Below, in pieces: positions 9,375 through 18,483 of a stretch of 30,945 nucleotides of DNA (its first letter is position 1; every line of letters begins with the position of its first letter). The stretch comes from a virus (lineage: Duplodnaviria; Caudoviricetes). The position numbers and the translations under genes were made by a program. The notes below the pieces were generated by a model, which was not told the origin of the DNA, made no database searches, and worked only from the letters and a program-made list of their open reading frames with translations. The stretch lies in the IMG/VR virus record IMGVR_UViG_3300016464_000103, positions 1 through 30,945 of that record, one strand, 5' to 3'.

Positions 9375-10715
9375 ATGGCAGACCTCAAAATCTCAGAACT
9401 GACAAACCTCACGGCGGCCGATCCGGCAAACGACATGATCCCGATTGTGGATGTGTCGGCAACGCCTCCCGCATCTGGCAGCACCAAGCGCATCTCGATC
9501 AACAACATCCTCGCTTGTTCGCCAACCGCCACTCTCGCCTCCGCCACCATCAGCGGCGATTTGACGGTGCGGACGAATAAGCTGTCGGTGACGAGTACAA
9601 ATGTGGGCATTGGAACGGCAAGTCCGACGCTTGCCGCTGGTGTTGGTCTTGAGATTGAGAATGCTGGAATCACCACGCTTCGATTGCAGAACACATCGGG
9701 TGCGAACGCATTTGAGCTTCAAGTTGATTCCGATGCTAACGGAGTGCTGTACCGTGGATACAACAACTCCCCTCATGTATTCTATGTAAACAACTCCACC
9801 GCCATGACCCTGAACTCGACCGGCTTGGGCGTGGGTTACACTCCTTCTGGAAGTGCTGATAAGATTGGAGCTGCTGCAACGCTTGGAGTTGTTGCGACTG
9901 GGGTTACGGCTGATCTGAACTTCCGCAACTCAAGTCTCACGGCGATTCAGCGCATTCGTTACACAGATGGGACTGGTGCTTTGACAATTGGTTCTGCAAG
10001 CACGACTTCTTATCAAGTCGAACTTGGCGGAAATACCACAACCAGAGCTGTTACTATTGATACGTCGGGGAATTTGTTGGTGGGGATAACATCGGGTAGT
10101 TACAACCGCATCAAAAAAGACGTAACAGCCGATGCCGGTAATGCTATTTTTGAACTTGTTGGAGCTTCAAACGCAACAAGTTCGATTCACTACTCCGTCT
10201 CTTCTTACAACGCCAATGCTGCAAACGCAGCGTCAAAGTTTGGCCGAGATGGAGTAACGCTTCGCTCAATAAATGCCGGCGGAACCATCAACGCTTCAGG
10301 CGCTGACTATGCCGAGTACATGACGAAGGCTTCCGACTTCGTTTTGGCTAAGGGAGACATCGCTGGTATCGACTCGAATGGAAAGCTCACAAACGTGTTC
10401 GCTGATGCGGTTTCGTTCGTTGTGAAATCGACCGATCCTTCCTACGTCGGAAACGACAAGTGGGGTGCTGATTTGGAAGGTGATGCGCTTGAGTTTGCTC
10501 GCCAGCTTGTGGACCGTATCGCGTTCGCCGGTCAGGTTCCGGTCAATGTCATCGGAGCGAAGGCTGGCGACTACATCGTGCCTGTCGTCAACGGCAGCGG
10601 AATCAAAGGAATTGCGGTCAGCAATCCTACCTTTGAGCAGTATCAACTGGCCGTAGGAAAAGTCATCGCAATCGACGCTGATGGCCGTGCGCGGATTATC
10701 GTCAAAGTCGCCTAA
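9375..10715 (+). CDS. Fibre/spike protein with C-terminal intramolecular chaperone (peptidase G2-like autocleavage domain)
   Basis: N-terminal MADLKISELT; shaft repeats NVGIGT/GLGVG/GNLLVG; SGADYAEY...AGQVPV C-terminal domain. Confidence 0.8.
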   Translation: MADLKISELTNLTAADPANDMIPIVDVSATPPASGSTKRISINNILACSPTATLASATISGDLTVRTNKLSVTSTNVGIGTASPTLAAGVGLEIENAGITTLRLQNTSGANAFELQVDSDANGVLYRGYNNSPHVFYVNNSTAMTLNSTGLGVGYTPSGSADKIGAAATLGVVATGVTADLNFRNSSLTAIQRIRYTDGTGALTIGSASTTSYQVELGGNTTTRAVTIDTSGNLLVGITSGSYNRIKKDVTADAGNAIFELVGASNATSSIHYSVSSYNANAANAASKFGRDGVTLRSINAGGTINASGADYAEYMTKASDFVLAKGDIAGIDSNGKLTNVFADAVSFVVKSTDPSYVGNDKWGADLEGDALEFARQLVDRIAFAGQVPVNVIGAKAGDYIVPVVNGSGIKGIAVSNPTFEQYQLAVGKVIAIDADGRARIIVKVA

Positions 10716-10726
10716 TCGAACACACC

Positions 10727-11113
10727 ATGAACATCTCTTGGATCATCGAACGCCTGCTGGTCAAGCCGACCGAAGGCTCGCTCACCGATGTCGTCATCAC
10801 AGCCGACTGGAGGTGCAACGGCACCGAAACCACCGGCTCTGGCGACACCGAGAAGACCTACACCGGCACTTGCTACGGATCGTGTTCCTTCGCGCCTCCT
10901 ACGGAGGGCTTCACTCCGTACGATCAACTCACCGAGCAGCAGGTGCTGGACTGGTGCTTCGCGAACGGCGTGGACAAGACCGCCATCGAAGCCAACGTCA
11001 CGCAGCAGATCAACGATCAGATCAACCCGCCGGTGGTGGTGCTGCCGCTGCCGTGGTTGCCGCCGGTTGTGGTTGCCGAGCCTGTCGCCATCGCTGATGC
11101 TCCCGCCGCATGA
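10727..11113 (+). CDS. Fibre-associated phage protein (possible assembly chaperone)
   Basis: WIIERL...DVVITADWRC...FTPYDQLTEQQVLDW...LPW pattern, recalled as common downstream of fibre genes. Confidence 0.6.
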   Translation: MNISWIIERLLVKPTEGSLTDVVITADWRCNGTETTGSGDTEKTYTGTCYGSCSFAPPTEGFTPYDQLTEQQVLDWCFANGVDKTAIEANVTQQINDQINPPVVVLPLPWLPPVVVAEPVAIADAPAA

Positions 11114-11259
11114 TTGAAATCAAACTGACTCAGGAGCAGGCCAATAGCCTCCTCCAGCTCATCGACATCGCCATCAAAGCCGGTGGCTACCAGAACGCCA
11201 AAGTGGGCGTCCCGCTGGCCGACATCATCATCGCAGCCGCTCAACCTAAGCCCGAATGA
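11110..11259 (+). CDS. Hypothetical protein, 49 aa (MIEIKLTQEQANSLLQLIDIAIKAGG...)
   Basis: Translated by hand; ATGA overlaps at both ends. Confidence 0.65.
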   Translation: MIEIKLTQEQANSLLQLIDIAIKAGGYQNAKVGVPLADIIIAAAQPKPE

Positions 11260-11435
11260 AAAACTGGAAGACCACAGCCGGCGGCGTTGCCGTCCTGCTC
11301 GCCGCTCTCAGCGTCGCCATCAAGCAGGCCATCGCCGGTGACATCGCCAATGCCATCGCCGCTGCTGTCGGTGGCACGGGTGCCATGTTCGCCGCGCTGA
11401 AGGCTCAGGACGCTCCATCGGAGGACAAGAAGTGA
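11256..11435 (+). CDS. Small membrane protein, holin-like, 59 aa (MKNWKTTAGGVAVLLAALSVAI...AQDAPSEDKK)
   Basis: Translated by hand; two hydrophobic segments and a charged tail; 4-nt overlaps on both sides. Confidence 0.6.
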   Translation: MKNWKTTAGGVAVLLAALSVAIKQAIAGDIANAIAAAVGGTGAMFAALKAQDAPSEDKK

Positions 11436-11710
11436 AGGACACGCTGCGAGACTTGGGCATCAACATTGGCCTACTCGTAGCGGGCTTCGCTGGGAGCCTT
11501 TTGACCGTCAAACGCGACGGCCATAAAGATTGGTTCACGACTGTCACCAGTCTTTTGGCTGGCACTTTGTCGGCCAATTACCTCACGCCTCTGGTCGTTG
11601 ATTTCTTCTCGATGAAGAACTCAAACACCCAATACGCTGCGGCGTTCATCATGGGCTTCTTGGGATTGCATGGCGTCGAATTCGTGATCGACAAGTTCAG
11701 AAAGAAGTGA
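11432..11710 (+). CDS. Putative holin (about 3 TM segments)
   Basis: Three hydrophobic stretches; basic C-terminus KFRKK. Confidence 0.6.
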   Translation: MKDTLRDLGINIGLLVAGFAGSLLTVKRDGHKDWFTTVTSLLAGTLSANYLTPLVVDFFSMKNSNTQYAAAFIMGFLGLHGVEFVIDKFRKK

Positions 11711-12075
11711 AACCACAGACCATCATCAACATGATCGCTAGCGGTGTTTTAGCCGCTGGCGTTTCATGTTTTATGATCCTGCTGTATCGGACGGAAGGCG
11801 TAACTCAGCGATGGCCGATTGTCGGAAATGTCTTCCTTCGGCTGTCGTTGACCGCGACCGCTGCCGGTGCGCTGTTCAACTGCCTGACGGCATCCACGCC
11901 GCCACCGTCCGAAATCCTGCTCAACTGCGGTCTTGCCGGCATTTTCGTTTGGGCTGTGATTTTCCACTCAAAGCTCATCAAGAAGGATCTGCATGGACCC
12001 ACTAACAAGCATCACTCAGGGATTGATGCGAGCCGCTCTGGACAAGTTGCTGGAGCAGAAGGATCAAACGAGTGA
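11707..12075 (+). CDS. Membrane protein (about 3 TM), lysis cluster
   Basis: Three hydrophobic stretches; GTGA overlaps at both ends. Confidence 0.6.
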   Translation: MKPQTIINMIASGVLAAGVSCFMILLYRTEGVTQRWPIVGNVFLRLSLTATAAGALFNCLTASTPPPSEILLNCGLAGIFVWAVIFHSKLIKKDLHGPTNKHHSGIDASRSGQVAGAEGSNE

Positions 12076-12220
12076 AGACGGCATGGCCGACAAATCTCTT
12101 GCCGCTCGTCTTGCCGCTCGCATTGATGCTTCCGGCTTGCACACCGACCCGAGTGGTTCTGGTGCCATCGGGAACTCCGGTGCGTCTAGCGGAGCCGATA
12201 AAAGCTCACGTTTGGGCTAA
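11993..12220 (+). CDS. Overlapping hypothetical protein (MDPLTSITQGLMRAALDKLL...)
   Basis: ATG preceded by AAGGA; helical N-terminal half; lies entirely over two neighbouring genes in a third frame. Confidence 0.4.
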   Translation: MDPLTSITQGLMRAALDKLLEQKDQTSEDGMADKSLAARLAARIDASGLHTDPSGSGAIGNSGASSGADKSSRLG

Positions 12221-12299
12221 AGACTCCGAAGGGAAAGTCATCAAGAGCCGAAACAAAGTGACGATCCCAGAAGGTTGGTACGCATTGCCGAAGGACTGA
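12072..12299 (+). CDS. Putative lipoprotein (o-spanin-like position)
   Basis: Signal peptide with lipobox-like LPAC at Cys23; Pro-rich mature part. Confidence 0.6.
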   Translation: MKTAWPTNLLPLVLPLALMLPACTPTRVVLVPSGTPVRLAEPIKAHVWAKDSEGKVIKSRNKVTIPEGWYALPKD

Positions 12300-12300
12300 T

Positions 12301-12807
12301 ATGTCTCAACAAGTCATCAACACCGGATCAACCGCAAACGACAACACGGGAGACACGCTCCGTGGATCGTGGATAAAAGCCAACGACAATTTCACGGAGC
12401 TTTACACGCTGATTTCCGCGCTGAATACCGCCACCAGTTACACGCCAACCTTCGTCGATTCTGGCGGCGGGCGCACGTTCACTCAGACCATCAACTCCGC
12501 TCGATACACACAGATCGGAAATCTGCGTTGGTTCACCGTTGATGTCACATTCACCGGAGTGTCTGGTGTTGCCACCGGCAATCTTCGGATCAGCCTACCT
12601 GCGACCAGCACCTACGCTTGTTGTTCTGAGATCTGGGCCGACAATCTGGCAAGCGCAGCAAAGACGGAGGTCGAAGCTCTGATTTCTGCTGGTACGAATT
12701 ACGCAGAGGTTTTCCATTACGAGAACGGCGATGCCCAAAGCATAGCGGCTCACATTCAGAACGGTTCTCGTTTGGTTGTCACAGGCGTGTTCTTCTCCGC
12801 TCCGTGA
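12301..12807 (+). CDS. Short fibre/appendage protein with T4 gp9/gp10-like N-terminus
   Basis: INTGSTANDNTGDTLRGSWIKANDNFTELY motif; C-terminal fibre-head-like domain (YTPTF...ARYTQIGN...ISLP). Confidence 0.7.
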   Translation: MSQQVINTGSTANDNTGDTLRGSWIKANDNFTELYTLISALNTATSYTPTFVDSGGGRTFTQTINSARYTQIGNLRWFTVDVTFTGVSGVATGNLRISLPATSTYACCSEIWADNLASAAKTEVEALISAGTNYAEVFHYENGDAQSIAAHIQNGSRLVVTGVFFSAP

Positions 12808-13259
12808 ATCTGATTGCGACAAGTCTACAGTTAGGGATGAGCGTCCTACAGGGGGCGATGGGAAATCCGTCGTTTCTCTGGCAGGGGCAGCTTGTCCGCT
12901 GTTTACCGGCCGCGACCACAGATACCAACAGCGTCATCTCCGGTGGATTCCAAGACAATGTTCAAGCGCGTATCTTGGTCAAGTTCTCGGATTGGAGACT
13001 TGCTGACAGCACATTGGTCACCGTGGACGCGACTGTCTGGAGTGCGGACGTTGGGTCAAACGCCGACCGGCTCTTACAGGAAAGCGGTGGCTTACTCCTG
13101 CAAGAAAACACGGACAGAATCCTTCTCACCTTCGGCAAAATGATTCCGGTGGTTGGTCGTCTGGTCACCTATGACGGACGGCAATTGCGGATCATGTCCG
13201 CAAAACGCGATGGCTCGGGCGCTTATTACGCGCTTGAGCTTGGGGCCAAGACCAAATGA
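12804..13259 (+). CDS. Putative head-closure/head-tail joining protein with peptide insertions
   Basis: First neck gene; beta-barrel-like end PVVGRLVTYDGRQLRIMSAKRD; synteny. Confidence 0.55.
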   Translation: MNLIATSLQLGMSVLQGAMGNPSFLWQGQLVRCLPAATTDTNSVISGGFQDNVQARILVKFSDWRLADSTLVTVDATVWSADVGSNADRLLQESGGLLLQENTDRILLTFGKMIPVVGRLVTYDGRQLRIMSAKRDGSGAYYALELGAKTK

Positions 13260-14038
13260 GGCCCACGATCTCGGTTGACACTCGGAACTTCGACGCTGCG
13301 TGGAGGATCTATCTCGCGCAGAGCCGGCGCTCTTTGTCTGAGGCAATCAACTCGCGGACGTTTTTCCTGATGCTGCGGATGTACATCCTGCTTCCGCCCA
13401 AGAGTCCGCAAGCCGCTCGGAACAAGATTCTCGATTACTTCAACAGGCCGATTGGTGAGGCTCGCTTTGATAAGAAGACCGGCAAGCGCGTCGGCAGATC
13501 TCGGCAACTCCGGTTGGTCCATCTGATCGCTCAAGCCAAGAACCGCAAAGAAGGCAAGCCGGGACTCTATGGCAGGGACATGAGGCTTGCCGCCGGAAAG
13601 CTCCGTCGCCGTGCCGCTGGCAGCGTTGGTTATCTCAAGAGCGCTGTTGTCAAAGCCATCAAGAGGCTGTCTCCGAGCTTTCAGCAATTCGGTGGAACCC
13701 GACGAGCAAAGAAGGGCTCCGCTCAAGTTCGGATCGTTTCCGGCAATCAAGCTCTCATCAATCTGGCGAACCAATACGGATTGCCGCAGGAGAATGTCTC
13801 TGTGCATCGCGGAAGCAGCGCCTATGCATATTGGGCCCGTCCTTCGATCAATCCTTACAGTCATGTCCGAATGAACATCGGACTTGCTGACAACCAGATC
13901 GGAAACGTCGAGTCGATTTACGCGAAGGCGATGCAAAAAGCCTATGATGACGAAGCGCGTGAAATGTCTCTGCACATTCAAGCCAAACTGGAACAAGCCG
14001 CCGATGAGCTTGAGAAACTCGGGGTTGTCGTCAAATGA
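13256..14038 (+). CDS. Basic neck/tail completion protein
   Basis: Very Arg/Lys-rich; position between head-closure and tail terminator candidates. Confidence 0.5.
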   Translation: MRPTISVDTRNFDAAWRIYLAQSRRSLSEAINSRTFFLMLRMYILLPPKSPQAARNKILDYFNRPIGEARFDKKTGKRVGRSRQLRLVHLIAQAKNRKEGKPGLYGRDMRLAAGKLRRRAAGSVGYLKSAVVKAIKRLSPSFQQFGGTRRAKKGSAQVRIVSGNQALINLANQYGLPQENVSVHRGSSAYAYWARPSINPYSHVRMNIGLADNQIGNVESIYAKAMQKAYDDEAREMSLHIQAKLEQAADELEKLGVVVK

Positions 14039-14517
14039 ACGCCGTTGCACTTAGAGCCGAGAGAGCGTTGGCCGATTGGCTGGCGGCTCAAGACTGGAGC
14101 GCATCCGGCACCGGAACTCCGACCTGTTTGACGAGCTACGGTCACGGAGCATTTGCCGACTTTGATCGGGAGGATCAAATGCCGGATTTCCCTCGAATCG
14201 TTGTCCGAGCTGGATCAACGGTTCCGGTGCATCCTCTGGACAGGACTTGCGAGATTGACCTTTCTGCCGTGTTGCAGATATCGGCTGACGACACGACAGA
14301 GGACAATTTGCTGAAGACGGTTCAGGTCTTTGAAGACCTGCTTCAATACCTATTTGTTGACGGCAACGTCAGCGAATTGAGCGCAGGCGATGACAGCCCA
14401 TACGGAGGTTTCGACGCTCAGTTCGCGGTTCCTGTAGATTTTGGCGTGAGCGACACTAGCGAAAGGGCTAGAACATTCACTCGCTCCATGACACTTTTCG
14501 CAGCAGCAAACTCGTAA
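14035..14517 (+). CDS. Putative tail terminator protein
   Basis: Acidic 160-aa protein immediately before the tail tube gene. Confidence 0.5.
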   Translation: MNAVALRAERALADWLAAQDWSASGTGTPTCLTSYGHGAFADFDREDQMPDFPRIVVRAGSTVPVHPLDRTCEIDLSAVLQISADDTTEDNLLKTVQVFEDLLQYLFVDGNVSELSAGDDSPYGGFDAQFAVPVDFGVSDTSERARTFTRSMTLFAAANS

Positions 14518-14529
14518 AACACAACCAAC

Positions 14530-14994
14530 ATGGCTACTTCAAAAGGGCTCGGACTAGTCTATGGTTCTAAGGGAACCATCCGTCTTTACAACCAAACCGG
14601 CGCGGCTCCCGGCACGGCGCTTTCTGGTGTCATCACGACCATTGAAAGCTACGATGTTACGCATGAAGCGGACGTTGAGCAGATCAAGAACTCTGCCGGT
14701 GAGGTCGTTGCTCAAGTCTCCGCAAACGAGCGCATTAGCCTCAATGTGACGTTTATTCCGTCAGGCACGGACTTTGCCGCAGCCAAGACGGCCGCGAGCC
14801 TTCCGGCCGTCAATGGATACGTCACTATCGCGTCGACCGATGCGACCACATACGGTGGCGTTTCGCTTGATGGCGATTACGTTTATTCCGGCGGCGGCAG
14901 CGTGAAGTTCACCGCCTCTGGCAAGTGCATGGTTACAATCACCGTCACCAAGTATCCTTCGCTCTCGGGCACCGCCACCGTGTTCACGCTGTAA
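14530..14994 (+). CDS. Putative tail tube (major tail) protein
   Basis: 154 aa, Thr/Gly/Ser-rich beta pattern, strong A/C-rich leader, precedes chaperone and tape measure. Confidence 0.7.
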   Translation: MATSKGLGLVYGSKGTIRLYNQTGAAPGTALSGVITTIESYDVTHEADVEQIKNSAGEVVAQVSANERISLNVTFIPSGTDFAAAKTAASLPAVNGYVTIASTDATTYGGVSLDGDYVYSGGGSVKFTASGKCMVTITVTKYPSLSGTATVFTL

Positions 14995-14997
14995 TCT

Positions 14998-15549
14998 GTG
15001 TCAGATCTTGCAAAGATTCTCGCAGAGACCGGACCTCAAGCTCCTCTGGTGCTTGGGGTCCAGCTTGTGCCGTACACGCTCGGCCACGCGATAGTCTTGC
15101 AACGTCTCCGCTCTCCCTATGTGTTGGGCGGACAGATTACTCCAAACGATCTGGTGGAGGCTGTTGTCGTTTGCTCTCAGGCTCCACTTGAGTCGATCAA
15201 ATCAATCAAATCGGTCTGGCGGGATCTTGCCTTATGGTTGTGGGGCAAGCGCATTGCCAGACTCGATTTATTGAAGGAATCACAGACCTTTCAGCTTTGG
15301 CTGAACGAGCAATCAACCGCTCCGGAGGTCTTGATGGAAAGCGGCAAGCAGTCCAAGAGGCCAGCGATGCCATGGCCCGAGCGAGTGCTTGTCGGATGCG
15401 TGAATATCGGCATTGATGCCGACGACGCTATCAAACTACCGATTGGGGATGCTGAACGCTTGATTTTGACCCATGCAGAAATGCATGGTCAGGCCGAGCT
15501 TTGGGACGATAACGCCGAAGCCATTTGGCAAAGCCAGAGAGACAACTGA
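14998..15549 (+). CDS. Putative tail assembly chaperone
   Basis: Position between tail tube and tape measure. Confidence 0.5.
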   Translation: MSDLAKILAETGPQAPLVLGVQLVPYTLGHAIVLQRLRSPYVLGGQITPNDLVEAVVVCSQAPLESIKSIKSVWRDLALWLWGKRIARLDLLKESQTFQLWLNEQSTAPEVLMESGKQSKRPAMPWPERVLVGCVNIGIDADDAIKLPIGDAERLILTHAEMHGQAELWDDNAEAIWQSQRDN

Positions 15550-15550
15550 T

Positions 15551-16624
15551 ATGGGCATCCTCTCAATGCTGTTCAAGATCGGCGTGGATTCGACTGCATT
15601 TGAGTTGAGTCTCAAGCGGATGCAGTCGCTTGGAGAGAAGTTCGGAAACAGCTTCAAGTCAGCGGTGACCAGCCGTCTCGGACAAGCATTGTCTGCTGCT
15701 TCTGTTTATGCGTTTACTCGTAGTGTTTTGAACGCTGCGGATCAAATTGGAGATTTATCAGAGCAACTGAACATCACAACAAATGATGTCCAAAGGCTGC
15801 AAATATTAGCAGGTCAAACCGGAGTTAGCTTTGAGAAATTCGCATCTATTCTTGAGAGGACAAGCAAAGCCAGACTTGAGGCTTTGAGTGGTGACGCCCA
15901 GCAAATCAACAACTTTGCTGCTCTCGGTCAATCGGTGTCCGATCTAAGCAATCGGCAAATGACCAATTTTGAATTGGCTCTGAAGGTGACAGAAGCCTAC
16001 AGGCAATCTGGTCAATCCGCTCAAACGACGGCAGCGATCACCGATCTGTACGGAATCAAATTGCGAGCGGCTGCGGCTGCATTGGCTGATTACCGGTCAA
16101 CGGCTGACAAAGAACTGATTTCTGAAGACACCATCAAGAACCTGTCCAAGAGCAACGATCTTTTGGACGAGCAATGGAGACGACTCAAAGCGTTGAGTTC
16201 TCCAGCTATTGCTCAGGGATTGAAGATCACGGCGGACGCTCTTGAAAAGGTCATTCAAGCGCCAACGGAAAGCGAGAAGCAGTTGGCGACTCAAATCTAC
16301 GCAAGCGGCGGAAAGGTTGGTGCGGATACAGGATCGCTGTTGACCGCAGCCATGTCTGGAAAGCTGAAGCTCCCGCAAACTCCAGACGAACAAAAGGCCG
16401 GAAATCCTCCCGCCGAAGTTGATCTCCCGACTTTGATCTACGGTCTGGCAAAGCAAGACAGATTCACTCTCGGAGGAGCCTCTGATCCGCTCGCAAAAAT
16501 CGGTGGCTTCACCGGATTTCAGACCGCTCAGGACTCGCTTATCAAGCAAGCGGTCGAACAAACGTTGCAGTTGAAGGTAATTTCACAGAACACAAAGAGG
16601 ACCGCAGACACGCTGGTTGATTGA
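15551..16624 (+). CDS. Tape measure protein (short, 357 aa)
   Basis: Start placed at the ATG 2 nt after the upstream stop; KIGVDSTAF and ADQIGDLSEQLNITTNDVQRLQILAGQTG motifs; Ala/Ser/Gln-rich helical. Confidence 0.8.
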   Translation: MGILSMLFKIGVDSTAFELSLKRMQSLGEKFGNSFKSAVTSRLGQALSAASVYAFTRSVLNAADQIGDLSEQLNITTNDVQRLQILAGQTGVSFEKFASILERTSKARLEALSGDAQQINNFAALGQSVSDLSNRQMTNFELALKVTEAYRQSGQSAQTTAAITDLYGIKLRAAAAALADYRSTADKELISEDTIKNLSKSNDLLDEQWRRLKALSSPAIAQGLKITADALEKVIQAPTESEKQLATQIYASGGKVGADTGSLLTAAMSGKLKLPQTPDEQKAGNPPAEVDLPTLIYGLAKQDRFTLGGASDPLAKIGGFTGFQTAQDSLIKQAVEQTLQLKVISQNTKRTADTLVD

Positions 16625-16625
16625 C

Positions 16626-17516
16626 ATGGCAACGATCAAAACATCAACGCTGTTTCCGGTTCGCATTGGTACACCAGTACCAGAGCCAGTCTTTTACAGT
16701 TCAATCGGTGGTCTTGCTTACACAGAGGTCAGCAGGCAATACCACAACGGAGACGGGACTGGCAGATACATCACATACAAGTATCGCGGCAGCAAAGACG
16801 CGCTCAGAGCTGCTTCTGCGGATTGGGTTGCTGCTGGCGGCAAGTATCAGATCAACGAAGACGGGCCATACTCTGAAGCCACAGTCACTTATTCCGGCTC
16901 TCAGATTGATCCCAACAACCCGTTGGCTCCAGTCCTGCCAGAAGAGGAAGAGCCGTCAACTCGGTTTGAGTTTCGCACCGAATATTTAGACGCATCGCTT
17001 TTTGCGCTGCCGTATGTTAGAGCGGAGGCAAAGAAGTTTGTTCAAACATTTGGAGCGGGAGCAACTGAAGCGGATTATTTCTCGGCAATCAAACTTGCCG
17101 GAGAAGATCCCAAGAACAACAAGCTGACGTTTTCGGAGTCGCTGTTCCCGCTGGCTAAGGAGCTTGTCGTTAGGCTTTCCAGAGGCCAAGACTCATTCCA
17201 GACCTCTCGCGTGAGCCTGACTCGGATCTCGTCCTTCTCGGCTCGTAACGGTCTTCCGGCAACACCGCCGATCATTTCAGCGGTCTATTCCGGCGACATT
17301 CTGGCGGCTCGCAACGGCTTTCCGGAGTCCGTCCGTCTGGTGATGCCGAGACCTCCGGTTGATCCAAACCTTACACCTGACGGAACAGTCTGGTCTTGGC
17401 TAAAGACCAACGATTCAACTTCGTTGCTCATCAAGACAAACCAAGTTGAGCGCAACGAGACTTGGACGTTTGCCGCTTGGGATCTTTTCGCGTATCCTTA
17501 CAACCCCACAACCTAA
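16626..17516 (+). CDS. Tail tip/distal tail protein (hypothetical)
   Basis: ATG 2 nt after tape measure stop; synteny. Confidence 0.55.
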   Translation: MATIKTSTLFPVRIGTPVPEPVFYSSIGGLAYTEVSRQYHNGDGTGRYITYKYRGSKDALRAASADWVAAGGKYQINEDGPYSEATVTYSGSQIDPNNPLAPVLPEEEEPSTRFEFRTEYLDASLFALPYVRAEAKKFVQTFGAGATEADYFSAIKLAGEDPKNNKLTFSESLFPLAKELVVRLSRGQDSFQTSRVSLTRISSFSARNGLPATPPIISAVYSGDILAARNGFPESVRLVMPRPPVDPNLTPDGTVWSWLKTNDSTSLLIKTNQVERNETWTFAAWDLFAYPYNPTT

Positions 17517-17522
17517 CACAAC

Positions 17523-17897
17523 ATGGCTGACGAAATCCAGATGACCGCTCGCCTTTATGCGAGCAAAAACGGTGCGTATCTCCCCGCCGTTACTTACACC
17601 AAAAGCGCAACGATGGTTGGCACCGATATGGGCAGCCAGACCCAACTCATCGGCACCGGAGCTTCTGAGACGCTTGATGTTCCTGTTGATGTCACTAGTC
17701 CTTACAAGCTGCTGATCTCCAACCTCGACTCCACCAACTACGTTGAGCTGTCGTTTACGAGCGGCTTCGCTGCCGGTGCTGGCACGATGCGCCTTCCGGC
17801 TGGCGAGACGATGTTGATTCCGTACATCAATACGAATCTGTATCTGATCGCTAATACGTCTAACGTGACAATACAGGCCACGTTCTGCGAGATCTAA
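17523..17897 (+). CDS. Virion protein, paralog 1 of a tandem pair
   Basis: Aligns end to end with 17909-18265. Confidence 0.7.
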   Translation: MADEIQMTARLYASKNGAYLPAVTYTKSATMVGTDMGSQTQLIGTGASETLDVPVDVTSPYKLLISNLDSTNYVELSFTSGFAAGAGTMRLPAGETMLIPYINTNLYLIANTSNVTIQATFCEI

Positions 17898-17908
17898 CCT
17901 AACGACCT

Positions 17909-18265
17909 ATGGCAAACGAGATCGAAATGTCTGCTCGGCTCTATGCCGCAAAAGATGGGGCGAGCATCAATCCGCAGACATGGACCGCCATCGTCAACAT
18001 GACGGGGCGAGACATGGGACAGCAGACGCAGGACGTTGGGACTACGCAGGAAACGCTGGATCTGACCGCTGATCTTGCGACTCCTTACAAAGTCTTGATC
18101 TACAACATGGACCTTCAAAACAGCGTGAAGGTCGGCACGGCTTCACCGTTTGAGTTTGAGATCCCGCCGCGAGAGTTCATCTTGCTGCCGAGAGTCAATG
18201 CGACGTTGTACGTCATGGCGTTGAACAGCACCTGCAAAATCTTTGCCCAATTCTGTGAGATCTAA
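17909..18265 (+). CDS. Virion protein, paralog 2 of a tandem pair
   Basis: MANEIEMSARLYAAKDGA...FCEI vs MADEIQMTARLYASKNGA...FCEI. Confidence 0.7.
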   Translation: MANEIEMSARLYAAKDGASINPQTWTAIVNMTGRDMGQQTQDVGTTQETLDLTADLATPYKVLIYNMDLQNSVKVGTASPFEFEIPPREFILLPRVNATLYVMALNSTCKIFAQFCEI

Positions 18266-18480
18266 TGGCTGTCTCGCTACCCAGAAAGCTTGCTGAAAAG
18301 GGAATAAATGCGGATCACGCTCGCACGATCAATCAGTTGATCGAAGCGGTCCGCAAGATCCAGCTTGTCGCTGGACCGGATCAAGCCATTGAGCAAACGC
18401 CAAACGGGACGGTCCTCAAGATCCGCCAACCCGCTGGCAAGACCGTTGTCCAGACATCCGAAGACTCTTGGTTCTACTGA
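18265..18480 (+). CDS. Small tail-associated hypothetical protein
   Basis: TAATG overlap; INQLIEAVR...IEQTPNGT. Confidence 0.6.
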   Translation: MAVSLPRKLAEKGINADHARTINQLIEAVRKIQLVAGPDQAIEQTPNGTVLKIRQPAGKTVVQTSEDSWFY

Positions 18481-18483
18481 GCT

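Noticed and set aside
14998-15549. Tail chaperone G/GT programmed frameshift
   Set aside because: No second overlapping ORF between this gene and the tape measure, and no convincing slippery site seen
15473-15550. Upstream extensions given by the ORF track (also 21258, 21847, 23100, 23796, 25193, 25533, 25790, 28660, 30376)
   Set aside because: They overlap upstream genes extensively; downstream starts at stop/start overlaps fit better
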